31,235 bases of DNA, from assembly GCA_048629575.1 (NCBI GenBank), contig JAIWHQ010000001.1, positions 1 through 31,235 of the forward strand, given 5' to 3'. This document shows positions 15,508 through 25,370 of this stretch, one piece after another. The notes under the pieces were generated by a model, which was not told the DNA's origin, made no database searches, and was given only the letters and a program-made list of their open reading frames with translations. Numbering within the stretch: position 1 is the first letter of the stretch; each line of letters begins with the position of its first letter. The translations under genes and the position numbers were made by a program. The stretch is from Thermoplasmatota archaeon (GTDB lineage Archaea; Thermoplasmatota; E2; DHVEG-1).

Positions 15508-16748
15508 GAATTAGAAGGAAATATCTCTTCTACGCACTTGCGTTTACCTCTGCAATTATTGCAGCAGCAGTATCGGCGATAGATGCGAAAATAATTAATG
15601 ATGTTATAACAGATGACCCATGGGCATTCGGCGTCTCGTGTTTTGTCGTAGGTACTTTTGTAACACTTATTATTGTTCTTATCTTTTCAATACCTCTGAA
15701 GGGTAAAAGTCTTGGATCAAAAATTATAGATCCATCATTTAGACGACTCAGACTTGTACGAAAAGAGGAGCTGAAATATCACACGCTCGCTGGGATCGGA
15801 AATGCTTTTCTGACGATTGGTTATTTTTTCCTTCTTTCCATGCTTGGGGATCCATCTGCTGTGCTTCCGTTCTCCCAAATCGTTATTTTATATCTTATTC
15901 TTATGGAATCAATCGTTGAAAAAAATATACCGACACTCTCTGAAATTCAATCCTCACTCATCGTAACATTCGGGGCAATCCTTGTATCAATTAGTCTTAC
16001 GGGAACTCTAACTCTTGAATCAATGGCTATAGTATTTCTTGTGATAAATCCTGCATGGGTTTTATTTTCCATCTATCAAAGAAAACTAAAGCTGTTAAAA
16101 ATTGATAAGAGACCAAATGATGCCCTTAACATCAGGTTTTGGAATGTTGTATTTGCATGCATATTCGTATTTATTTTGGTTAATATGTATGATTTATTTA
16201 TGGGAAGTAGTCATTTTCTCGCAGGGCTTTCTGCATCAATTAATCATTTTGGTTGGGTAGCACTTACAATGGCTGTCACGTTTTTTTCATATGTCTTTTA
16301 CATTCGTGCTCTTGGAATTGGAAAGGCAAGTGTCACCCAAGCTGTTCGTGCATCAACAGTTCTTTTTGCCATCCCGTTTTCTCTTCTGCTTGCATACTTA
16401 AACATTATCCCGCCATTTTCTACAGATCCAGTGATGTTGTTGATTAAAGTGATTGGTACGACTCTTGTCATTCTTGGTATTGTCTCTTTTGCTCTTAGTC
16501 TTGTGAAAGCATATGTATTCATCAATGTTAAAACAGGTGTTCCTATTGAAGAGACAATGAAGAAACTTTGGAATATCCGTGGTGTGACTCGTGTTACTGC
16601 AACTGCAGGTCCATATGATTTTATTGTTAAGATTCGAACGCGAACTCTTGTTAAAGGATATGAACAAATTATTCGGAAGATCGAAGAAATTGAAGCCATT
16701 GAAGAGTACAAATGGGAATCGGTTTTGAAGGAATGGGAAGATATCTAA
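15504..16748 (+). CDS. EamA/DMT-like membrane transporter fused to a C-terminal Lrp/AsnC RAM domain
   Basis: About 10 hydrophobic segments with DMT-like motifs (DPSAVLPFSQ, GKASVTQAV..S, VIGTTLVILG), then KAYVFINV...TAGPYDFIVKI...IEAIEEY; ATGA overlap with the upstream gene. Confidence 0.8.
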   Translation: MRIRRKYLFYALAFTSAIIAAAVSAIDAKIINDVITDDPWAFGVSCFVVGTFVTLIIVLIFSIPLKGKSLGSKIIDPSFRRLRLVRKEELKYHTLAGIGNAFLTIGYFFLLSMLGDPSAVLPFSQIVILYLILMESIVEKNIPTLSEIQSSLIVTFGAILVSISLTGTLTLESMAIVFLVINPAWVLFSIYQRKLKLLKIDKRPNDALNIRFWNVVFACIFVFILVNMYDLFMGSSHFLAGLSASINHFGWVALTMAVTFFSYVFYIRALGIGKASVTQAVRASTVLFAIPFSLLLAYLNIIPPFSTDPVMLLIKVIGTTLVILGIVSFALSLVKAYVFINVKTGVPIEETMKKLWNIRGVTRVTATAGPYDFIVKIRTRTLVKGYEQIIRKIEEIEAIEEYKWESVLKEWEDI

Positions 16749-16799
16749 TCTAATAAGAAAACTATTTCATCATTTCCGGCATTCTCATTTTGATTGATT

Positions 16800-17906
16800 A
16801 TGATTGATAAGAGACTTGAGAAACTTGCCTATGTTTTAATACATCATTCACTTAGAATAAGGAAAAATGATTTGTTTGTGATATCAGGTAGCCCGGTTGC
16901 AGCTCCATTGATAAAGGAAGTGTATAAGCAGGCGGTACAAGTTGGTGCCTACCCATTTACAAGAATAGGGATTGACGGGCTTGCTGAAACTTATTTTAAA
17001 TATGCATCTGAAAAACAACTGAAATATGTATCTCCTATCGCTAAATTCGAGATTGAACATATTGATGCGCGTCTTGCAATTATTAGCCAAGAGAATACAA
17101 AAAGTATGACAAATGTTGATCCAAAAAAGCAAGCGATGAGTAGTGTTGCTATGAAAGATATACATCAGATTTTTTTGGAGAGAGCTGCAAAAAAAGAGCT
17201 TCGATGGTGTGTTACTCAGTATCCGACAAATGCTGCTGCTCAAGATGCAGATATGTCTCTTGGAGACTATGAAGATTTTATTTTTAATGCAGCACATGTA
17301 GACAAGAGGGATCCTGTTGGTCATTGGAATAAGGTTTTCAAAGAGCAGGAAAAAGTGAGAAAGCTTATGGATTCTAAGAAACAATTGCATGTAATAGCAA
17401 AGGATACCGACTTGACTGTTTCTGTTGATGGTAGGAAATGGATTAATTGTTACGGTAGGGAAAATTTTCCTGATGGTGAAGTATTCACAGGGCCTATTGA
17501 AAATTCGGCAGAAGGCTACATTAGTTATTCTTTTCCAGTATCTCATGGTGGCCGTGAGGTAGATGATATTAAGCTTTGGTTTAAGAAGGGTAAGGTTGTG
17601 AAAGCAGAGGCTTCTAAAGGTAAAAAATTCCTTGAGTCCATGCTTGATATGGATAAGGGAGCTCGCATGATTGGGGAGTTTGCTTTTGGCTTGAATTATG
17701 GTGTTAAAAAATATACGAAAAATACGTTATTTGATGAAAAGATTGGTGGCACTATACATTTAGCTGTTGGGAGTGGGTATCCTGAGACGGGGAGTAAAAA
17801 TGAGTCAAGTCTGCATTGGGATATGATGTGTGATTTACGTAAGTTTGGCGAAGTCTATGCAGATAACGAGTTGATTTATAAAAATGGTAAGTTTTTGACT
17901 GTCTGA
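16800..17906 (+). CDS. M29 family aminopeptidase (AmpS/AmpT-type)
   Basis: KLAYVLIHHSL, NFPDGEVFTGP, IGEFAFGLN, LFDEKIGGTIHLAVG, LHWDM. Confidence 0.92.
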   Translation: MIDKRLEKLAYVLIHHSLRIRKNDLFVISGSPVAAPLIKEVYKQAVQVGAYPFTRIGIDGLAETYFKYASEKQLKYVSPIAKFEIEHIDARLAIISQENTKSMTNVDPKKQAMSSVAMKDIHQIFLERAAKKELRWCVTQYPTNAAAQDADMSLGDYEDFIFNAAHVDKRDPVGHWNKVFKEQEKVRKLMDSKKQLHVIAKDTDLTVSVDGRKWINCYGRENFPDGEVFTGPIENSAEGYISYSFPVSHGGREVDDIKLWFKKGKVVKAEASKGKKFLESMLDMDKGARMIGEFAFGLNYGVKKYTKNTLFDEKIGGTIHLAVGSGYPETGSKNESSLHWDMMCDLRKFGEVYADNELIYKNGKFLTV

Positions 17907-18022
17907 TTTATAGCCAATTAAAAATGAACAATATTTTAGATATATTTAAATATAAAATTTAATATATCAATATGGGAAAAAACATACCATTTAAGATAAA
18001 GTTTTATAAGGAGGAAAAATAA

Positions 18023-19828
18023 ATGAGATATAACAATAAGTTAAATAAGATATTAAAGGCAGCAATCGTATTTATGATCGCATTTGTAGTGATCATGCCA
18101 GCATCGGCTACTATTTTTAAAGGAAATGTACAATCAATAACTCATAAACAACCACAAGGAGCAAGTCTTTCTACTACAATATATGTCGATGATGACAATA
18201 CAGGTGGGCCATGGGATGGAACACCAGAGCATCCATATCAGTATATACAGGATGGGATAGATGCTGCAGAGGATGGTTATGAAGTCTATGTTTTTAATGG
18301 AACATATCATGAAAATATTGTTGTATTCAAATCTATCTTGTTAACTGGTGAGGATAAAGAGATAACAATTATCGAATGCGGTGGCGCTTGTTCAGTTGTT
18401 TCAATAACTGCAAACAGTGTAAATCTTAGTGGTTTTACTATAGAAAACAGTGGAACTGGCAGCAATCATGCAGGCGTTTCTATTAACTCACAAAATAACA
18501 CCATAACTGTAAATAATATCATACATAACAACTACGGTATACGTGTGATTGAACCAAATAATAATATCTATTTCAACAACTTTATTGACAATATTCAAAA
18601 TGCGTATGACGAAGAGAATAATAGCTGGGATAATGGATGTGCTGGTAACTTCTGGGATGACTACCCAGGTGTTGATGAAAACGAAGACGGCATAGGAGAT
18701 ACAACATATACTATATTAGAAAATGAAACATATGATTGGTATCCACTTATACATTGGTATGGATCAATAAAAAATCTTGATACAGAAGAAATCTTTCTCA
18801 CAATACAAGATGCAATTGATGACGTTGACACTGAATCAGGGCATACAATTTTTGTAAAATCAGACATCTATCATGAACATATTTTAATTGAGAAACCTAT
18901 AAACTTAATCGGCGAATATAATAAAAATACAATCATTGATGGACGTGAATTTGGAATTGTTGTAAGAATCAATGATGAATTAAAAGATGACTATTCAGCC
19001 TATCTAACTGGTTTTACAATTAAAAACAGCGGAAATGAATACACTGATGCAGGAATAGAAGTTACCTCTGATGAAAATACAATAACTAAAAATATTATCG
19101 AAGATAATTATCATGGAATCTACCTCAAACATTCATCAGATGACAACAATATCTCGTATAACCTGATAAGAAACAATAATTGGAACGGTATCTATATAGA
19201 GTCAGTCTGCTCTATAAATGATGGAAATATAATTTTTGAAAACACTATTGAAAACAACAATTACGCAGGCATAGCGATGGAGGGCTCTTCATATAATTAT
19301 ATTTATCATAATAATTTCATCAGAAACTTGCTCAATGCATATGATGACTCCAACAATATATGGGATGATGGTTATCCATCCGGCGGCAATTACTGGGATG
19401 ACTATACAGGCGAAGATGCAAATGGAGATGGAATCGGAGATACTCCATATGAAATCGAGGATGGGATCAACAAAGATAGATATCCTCTCATGGAACCCCG
19501 TAGTGAACTATATGTAGAAATCACATCACCGCAGAATGGACTCTATCTACGAAATCTTAGATTATTTCCGTTTTTATTGCAACAAAGAACGATTATATTT
19601 GGAGCGGTCACAATAGAAGTTGAAGCATTCGCTCATTCCGGGATTGAAAAAGTTGAATTCTATATTGACGCTAATGCATTTGCAGACGGAACAGACTACG
19701 ATGAGCCCTACAGTTGGACATGGAAAGGAGGCTCTCTGATAAGAAGTAGACATACCGTACTTGTCGTAGCCTACGATAACGCTGGAAACTTCAAAACCGA
19801 CGCGATAAGTGTCCGTAAGTTTATCTAA
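18023..19828 (+). CDS. Secreted NosD-like right-handed parallel beta-helix protein with C-terminal Ig-like domain
   Basis: Signal peptide; TIYVDDD, YQYIQDGID, two modules of N/G-rich beta-helix repeats each ending GN.WDDY.G.D...DGIGDT; GAGGA SD. Confidence 0.85.
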   Translation: MRYNNKLNKILKAAIVFMIAFVVIMPASATIFKGNVQSITHKQPQGASLSTTIYVDDDNTGGPWDGTPEHPYQYIQDGIDAAEDGYEVYVFNGTYHENIVVFKSILLTGEDKEITIIECGGACSVVSITANSVNLSGFTIENSGTGSNHAGVSINSQNNTITVNNIIHNNYGIRVIEPNNNIYFNNFIDNIQNAYDEENNSWDNGCAGNFWDDYPGVDENEDGIGDTTYTILENETYDWYPLIHWYGSIKNLDTEEIFLTIQDAIDDVDTESGHTIFVKSDIYHEHILIEKPINLIGEYNKNTIIDGREFGIVVRINDELKDDYSAYLTGFTIKNSGNEYTDAGIEVTSDENTITKNIIEDNYHGIYLKHSSDDNNISYNLIRNNNWNGIYIESVCSINDGNIIFENTIENNNYAGIAMEGSSYNYIYHNNFIRNLLNAYDDSNNIWDDGYPSGGNYWDDYTGEDANGDGIGDTPYEIEDGINKDRYPLMEPRSELYVEITSPQNGLYLRNLRLFPFLLQQRTIIFGAVTIEVEAFAHSGIEKVEFYIDANAFADGTDYDEPYSWTWKGGSLIRSRHTVLVVAYDNAGNFKTDAISVRKFI

Positions 19829-19830
19829 TA

Positions 19831-19854
19831 TTCCCACTCTCCTCTCTTTTTTTT
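19831..19854 (+). terminator. Pyrimidine-rich/oligo-T terminator
   Basis: TTCCCACTCTCCTCTC followed by T8, right after the stop codon at 19828. Confidence 0.5.
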
Positions 19855-19915
19855 ATCTCAATAGTTGATTTTTTAAAAAACCATTAAATAATATCTTTTC
19901 ATTCCCAAACGTACA

Positions 19916-21349
19916 ATGTGCGGCATTATTGGCATTATTGGGGAAAAACCAGTTTCTCGTCTGATCTATCATAGCTTATTTGCAATACAGCATCGTGGTC
20001 AGTCGTGTGCAGGAAAACTTACCTATGATGGTAACATCCATGTGACAAAAGATGCTGGACTTGTCCGAGATGTCTTTAACGAGGAAAAAAAGATCGATAC
20101 ACCCGGAAGTGTAGGAATTGGTCACACCAGGTATTCAACCGCAGGGATGGATGATATCGGATCTTTAAAGAAAAATGCACAGCCAGAATATCTGGTAAAC
20201 CCGTTTCTTGCAGCGGTTCACAACGGCAACATATACAATTGTTTTGAACTGAGCAAAAAAACTAAGAGAAAACCACGGACAGATTGTGACATTCAATGGC
20301 TATTACTCCTCATGGCAGATAAACTCTACAAACAAGAACTAACAGTTGATATCATCTTTAAAGCATGTGAGGACATTATGCATCAACTTAAAGGGAGTTT
20401 TGCTGCTTTATATCTTGCTGATTCTGGAGACAACCCATATCTTTTTGCAATAACTGATCCTCATAAAATTCGACCATTGGTTTTAGGAAAATCTGACGGT
20501 ATGTATTGCCTTACCTCTGAGACACGGGTCTTTAAGAAAATAAATTTTGAATATGTGAGAGATATTCCAGGAGGTGCAGTTGTTGTCATTGATAAAGATG
20601 GGAATATCTACGAAAAACAGATAATCAAAAAACAAGAACTTCCTTGTATGTTTGAATACGTCTATTTTGCAAAACCTGACTCACGGATTAATGGACGATC
20701 AGTCCATAAGGTTCGTGATGAGATTGGAAGAATACTTGCAAGAGAACATCCTGTTGAAGCAGATATTGTCATCCCTGTTCCGGAATCCGGAAGAAGATAT
20801 GCAATTGGGTATACACAAGAATCCAATATTCCTATTGATGATGGAATAATGAAGGATAAAGATGAACGTTCTTTTATACAACAAACACAGGAAAGTAGAG
20901 ATAAGATTGTTGCAGAGGGTTTGTCTTTTATTCGTTCTGTTCTCGAAGGAAAACGAGTGGTGCTTCTCGACGACTCAATTGTCCGTGGGACAAACATCAG
21001 AAAACTTGTTCGAGGTTTAAGAAACGCTGGTGCAAAAGAAGTTCACGTAAGAATCGGCTGCCCGCCTCTTATTGCCCCATGTTATCTTGGAATTGATATG
21101 AGAAGTAAAAAGGAGTTTATCGCCCGAGACAATGATGGAAATATAAAACCATGGGATGCCATTGTAAAAGAGATCGATGCTGACTCCCTTGGATATATTA
21201 GTATAGAGGGGTTGAAGAAAGCTATAGGATCTGAAATTTGCAAAGGGTGCATCGAGTTTCCAGAAGGATATCCTCCTGACATGCAAAACGACGTGAAAAA
21301 AATGTTTAAAGACGATAAAACAGGAATACGAGCATACGAATGTGTATAG
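19916..21349 (+). CDS. purF: Amidophosphoribosyltransferase
   Basis: MCGI N-terminal nucleophile Cys, QHRGQ, GHTRYST, HNGNI, CMFEYVYF, PVPESG, DDSIVRGT, PCYLGID, CKGC Fe-S ligands. Confidence 0.95.
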   Translation: MCGIIGIIGEKPVSRLIYHSLFAIQHRGQSCAGKLTYDGNIHVTKDAGLVRDVFNEEKKIDTPGSVGIGHTRYSTAGMDDIGSLKKNAQPEYLVNPFLAAVHNGNIYNCFELSKKTKRKPRTDCDIQWLLLLMADKLYKQELTVDIIFKACEDIMHQLKGSFAALYLADSGDNPYLFAITDPHKIRPLVLGKSDGMYCLTSETRVFKKINFEYVRDIPGGAVVVIDKDGNIYEKQIIKKQELPCMFEYVYFAKPDSRINGRSVHKVRDEIGRILAREHPVEADIVIPVPESGRRYAIGYTQESNIPIDDGIMKDKDERSFIQQTQESRDKIVAEGLSFIRSVLEGKRVVLLDDSIVRGTNIRKLVRGLRNAGAKEVHVRIGCPPLIAPCYLGIDMRSKKEFIARDNDGNIKPWDAIVKEIDADSLGYISIEGLKKAIGSEICKGCIEFPEGYPPDMQNDVKKMFKDDKTGIRAYECV

Positions 21350-21370
21350 AACTATGTTTTTGGTTGAATC

Positions 21371-21679
21371 ATGATTGAAATCGTCAATGGAACACTTGAA
21401 GAACAGATCATAAAACTTTTACAGAAAACATATCCAATAACAATCATTGATCTTGAGAAAAAACTTCATATTTCAAGAAACATGATTATACGAGTATTGC
21501 AAAAACTTCAAGTCAAAGGCGTCGTACAATTAGAGCCTCTGCCAGATAAAACATACATCAGACTGATAAGAAGAGATTTTAGGTTTGTAGGGAAAAAGAG
21601 GCAGAAAAAATTTATAAAACATCGTTCGGGAAAGAAAATTCAAGAGCCGGGAAAATACGACGGCAATATGTATTCTTAG
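21371..21679 (+). CDS. Winged-HTH DNA-binding protein with a basic C-terminal tail
   Basis: EEQIIKLLQKTYPITIIDLEKKLHISRNMIIRVLQKLQVKGVV is a wHTH pattern. Confidence 0.7.
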   Translation: MIEIVNGTLEEQIIKLLQKTYPITIIDLEKKLHISRNMIIRVLQKLQVKGVVQLEPLPDKTYIRLIRRDFRFVGKKRQKKFIKHRSGKKIQEPGKYDGNMYS

Positions 21680-21773
21680 AACAAGTATTTAGTATATCCC
21701 CCCCAAAGTGTTTTTTTGTATGATAACATTTAAAACAAAATCGTATTATACCCTAGTCGGTGGAAGGAGAGCA

Positions 21774-23483
21774 ATGGAAGAAACTACGGTAACGGCAAAA
21801 GAAAAAAAAGGCAGTACTGCTAGTAAGAATGGAAAACCAAAAATTGCCTATTTTTCTATGGAGATCGGTATCGATGAACATATACCTACCTACAGCGGCG
21901 GTCTTGGCATATTAGCAGGGGATACGTTAAAATCATGTGCAGACCTCAACGTTCCAATCGTAGGAGTTACACTACTTTCTGAACATGGATATTTTTATCA
22001 AAAAATAGATAAAGAAGGCAATCAAATTGAGTTGCCCATTAATTTTAATATCAATGATTTTCTCACGCTTCTTCCAAGTAAAACAAGTGTGACAATAGAA
22101 GATAGAACAGTACATATTCGTATCTGGAATTATCTTGTTAAAGGCGTTAGTGGCTATATCGTCCCAATTTTTTTCCTTGACACAAATGTTGATAAAAATA
22201 GTGAATCTGACAGAGAGATTACAAAACATCTCTACGGTGGTGATAACAAGTATCGTCTCGCACAAGAAATCGTTCTCGGCATTGGAGGCGTTCGAGCGTT
22301 ACAGGCACTTGGCTATAAAACAATAGATAAGTATCATATGAACGAGGGGCATGCTGCTCTTGGTACTCTTGAACTTCTCGATAAACTTAGAAATATTGAA
22401 AAAGTCAGAGAACAATGTGTCTTTACAACACACACTCCTGTTGCTGCTGGTCATGATCAGTTTGATCTCTCGTTTGCAAGACCTATGATTGGAGAGATAC
22501 TGCCAGAGTCTATTCTGAATGAGGTTACTTTTGAAAACAGATTAAATATGACTCGGCTTGCGCTTTTTTTCAGCCATTATGTTAATGGTGTTGCAAAAAA
22601 ACATGGTGAGGTTTCTCGTCTTATGTTCCCAGGGTATTCCATCGATTCCATTACAAATGGTGTTCATACGCCAACTTGGGTCTCTGAACCTTTTCAGCGG
22701 TTATTTGATAAACATATGCCTGGATGGCGCTCTGATCCATATATTCTTAGAGCTGCGTTCAGCATAGATAAAAACGAAGTATGGGACGCTCATATGGAAG
22801 CGAAAAAGAAACTGATCGATTTTGTCAACAACAGATACAACGTCGGCATGAACTATGATCATTTCACTATAGGGTTTGCAAGAAGACAAACTCCATATAA
22901 AAGACCTGATCTGTTGATTTCTGATCCAGAGCGGCTTATGCAGCTTGCTGAAAGAGTAGGGAATGTACAGATTATTTATGCGGGAAAAGCACATCCTAAA
23001 GATGGCCGTGGTAAGGAAGCAATTAAAAGAATTTTTCATACGATGAAAACAATTCATGGGAAAGTAAAAATTGCGTATATCCACAATTACGACATGACCA
23101 TTGGGAAAATGATGACTGCAGGTGTTGATATTTGGCTGAATACGCCAAGGAGGCCGATGGAGGCATCAGGAACTTCTGGGATGAAAGCAGCTCACAATGG
23201 AGTTCCACAGTTCAGTACTCTTGATGGTTGGTGGCTTGAGGGATGTATCGAGAACATCACTGGATGGGCAATAGGTCCAGAAAAAACAGAAGAAGAAGAA
23301 TCTGATGATGATATCGATAGAAACGATCTCTACGGTAAGCTTGAAAGTTGGATCATACCTAAATTCTATAACGACCGTGATAACTGGATAAGAACTATGA
23401 GAAGCTGCATTGCAATTAATGCATCGTTTTTTAACACAAACAGAATGGTTCAACAATACGTTTTAAACGCGTATTTTATGTAA
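21774..23483 (+). CDS. glgP: Alpha-glucan (glycogen/maltodextrin) phosphorylase, GT35
   Basis: IAYFSMEIG, YSGGLGILAGD, HMNEGH, FTTHTPV, GFARR..YKR, AGKAHP, EASGTSGMKAA (PLP lysine), DGWW. Start at 21774 has an AAGGAG SD. Confidence 0.93.
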   Translation: MEETTVTAKEKKGSTASKNGKPKIAYFSMEIGIDEHIPTYSGGLGILAGDTLKSCADLNVPIVGVTLLSEHGYFYQKIDKEGNQIELPINFNINDFLTLLPSKTSVTIEDRTVHIRIWNYLVKGVSGYIVPIFFLDTNVDKNSESDREITKHLYGGDNKYRLAQEIVLGIGGVRALQALGYKTIDKYHMNEGHAALGTLELLDKLRNIEKVREQCVFTTHTPVAAGHDQFDLSFARPMIGEILPESILNEVTFENRLNMTRLALFFSHYVNGVAKKHGEVSRLMFPGYSIDSITNGVHTPTWVSEPFQRLFDKHMPGWRSDPYILRAAFSIDKNEVWDAHMEAKKKLIDFVNNRYNVGMNYDHFTIGFARRQTPYKRPDLLISDPERLMQLAERVGNVQIIYAGKAHPKDGRGKEAIKRIFHTMKTIHGKVKIAYIHNYDMTIGKMMTAGVDIWLNTPRRPMEASGTSGMKAAHNGVPQFSTLDGWWLEGCIENITGWAIGPEKTEEEESDDDIDRNDLYGKLESWIIPKFYNDRDNWIRTMRSCIAINASFFNTNRMVQQYVLNAYFM

Positions 23484-25325
23484 AAACACATCTTTATATT
23501 TTGGCATGATGTTTTCTATATCTTCCACCCAGCAGCGTAGTATTTCTGCAACACTCCATGCCTGGGTGATGCATCCACGTGGGAGATATGGAGGTTCTCC
23601 ATCAAATATTTCGTAGATGGAACCATCCCATCTGTCTCCAAAAACGTTAAACATTGGCTGTAAAAAATTTTGAAATGCAAACTCTCTCCATGTGGGTTCA
23701 TGGTTTTTTACTTTAATAAACGCAGTAATAAAGGGACCCATAAGCCATGGCCACACGGTACCGTTATGATAGGCGACATCTCTGTTGTGATCGCCAATGT
23801 AGCTTCCCATATATCTTGAGTCATCCGGCGAAAGTGTTCTCAACCCAAAGACGGTGGTCAATCTATCTTGAACGTCGTTTACGATTTTTTCTTGCAACTC
23901 TTTATCAATCATAGGGAAATCAAGGGAGACAAGAAAGATCTTATTTGGTCTACATGATTCATCTTTGGTGTCAATCACGTCATATTGTTGGTCATATTGA
24001 CGGGTAAAACTTTCTTTTACTTTTTCTGCAAGATCAGAATAAACATCATCTCTTGCGATTATGTTGGCGAGATTTCCCATTATTTTCAATGCATTATACC
24101 AGAGAGCCTGAATTTCAACTGCTTTTTTTGCACGAGGTGTTGGATAGTAGTCTCCTATTTTTACATCCATCCAGGTAAGACCTTCTGCATGGCTTATGAG
24201 AAAATCATCATCCATGTGAATGTCAAAGTCGGTTCCGTTTTTGTAGCCATCAACAATAGAACATAAGGTCTTCCACATATCCTTTATTGAATCTGTATCG
24301 TTTGTATATTTTAGGTATTGATACACTCTATCGATAAACCATAATGAAGCATCTACGGTGTTATATACTGCAACAGAATCTCTCTCCATAAACGCATTGG
24401 GAATTAGACCATTCTTACAGTAATTGCTAAAGCTAAATAGTATTTGTTTTGCATCATCAAATCGTTTTGTAACAAGCGCGATTCCTGGTAGTGCGATAAG
24501 TGTGTCTCGCCCCCAGTCTGCAAACCAATGATACCCTGCAACAATAGATTTTTTGTCTCCTTTTTTAACGACGAAATTATCTGTTGATAGAGCAAGTTTT
24601 TTGAATTTACTTGGAAGACTTGCATGTTCAAGTAGTCTATTCTTCCTCCAAAACTCCTTGAAATATATTTTTGAAGGGTTACTATACTCATCATCTTCAA
24701 GTGTAAGAACTAGGTAATATTCACCAGATTTTTTGATTGTTTTACAAAAATCACCGACATGTAGATTGTTGTCTATGAAGGAGTCGTTTCTTTTGAAATC
24801 TTTTTCATAATGGGATTCAATCCAGAACTCCTCTGGGAGATATGATGAATCTCTAAGCATAATCTTTAATGTTTTATCGATGTTGCTTGGTTTTATCAAA
24901 ACGCCATGTTCAAACGTGTCTTGTTTAAACGAGACAGAACCTTGCCCGGTTACATCATAAAAATGCCTAGAGTTAATTGTTGGACTGTGAATAATAGATA
25001 CCTGCTTATCTGTCTTTACTTCATATTTGATAATGGTTGTGTTTTTTTCATGTTCCATAAAAATTGTCTTTCTTATTTTTACGTCTCCAATGTCATAAAG
25101 AAATGAGGGGAAAACGTCAAAATCAAAAATTCCTGTATCATTATTCAAATCATATATCCGATTGTCAATCTGAATTTTCTCATACACATTTGATACGAAA
25201 AGATGTCTTTTTGTCGGTGGATCCAAACTGGCAATAAGCAGGCCATGGAACTTACTCGTATTTACGTTGGAATAAGTGAGCGAAGCATAGCTGCCAAGGC
25301 CGTTTGTCGTTATCCATTCTCTCAT
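23463..25325 (-). CDS. Glycogen debranching enzyme / amylo-alpha-1,6-glucosidase (GH133)
   Basis: EWITTNGLGSYAS, AGYHWFADWGRDTLIALPG, YNTVDASLWF, LTWMD, EIQALWYNAL, YHNGTVWPWL, QAWSVAE. Confidence 0.93.
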   Translation of the reverse strand: MREWITTNGLGSYASLTYSNVNTSKFHGLLIASLDPPTKRHLFVSNVYEKIQIDNRIYDLNNDTGIFDFDVFPSFLYDIGDVKIRKTIFMEHEKNTTIIKYEVKTDKQVSIIHSPTINSRHFYDVTGQGSVSFKQDTFEHGVLIKPSNIDKTLKIMLRDSSYLPEEFWIESHYEKDFKRNDSFIDNNLHVGDFCKTIKKSGEYYLVLTLEDDEYSNPSKIYFKEFWRKNRLLEHASLPSKFKKLALSTDNFVVKKGDKKSIVAGYHWFADWGRDTLIALPGIALVTKRFDDAKQILFSFSNYCKNGLIPNAFMERDSVAVYNTVDASLWFIDRVYQYLKYTNDTDSIKDMWKTLCSIVDGYKNGTDFDIHMDDDFLISHAEGLTWMDVKIGDYYPTPRAKKAVEIQALWYNALKIMGNLANIIARDDVYSDLAEKVKESFTRQYDQQYDVIDTKDESCRPNKIFLVSLDFPMIDKELQEKIVNDVQDRLTTVFGLRTLSPDDSRYMGSYIGDHNRDVAYHNGTVWPWLMGPFITAFIKVKNHEPTWREFAFQNFLQPMFNVFGDRWDGSIYEIFDGEPPYLPRGCITQAWSVAEILRCWVEDIENIMPKYKDVFLHKIRV

Positions 25326-25370
25326 AATCCAAATATCATAATTTATAGTAAGTGATTTTTAAGCATTGTA

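Noticed and set aside
23463-23483. 21-bp convergent overlap of the glgP and debranching enzyme 3' ends
   Set aside because: Short tail-to-tail overlaps are common in compact archaeal genomes.
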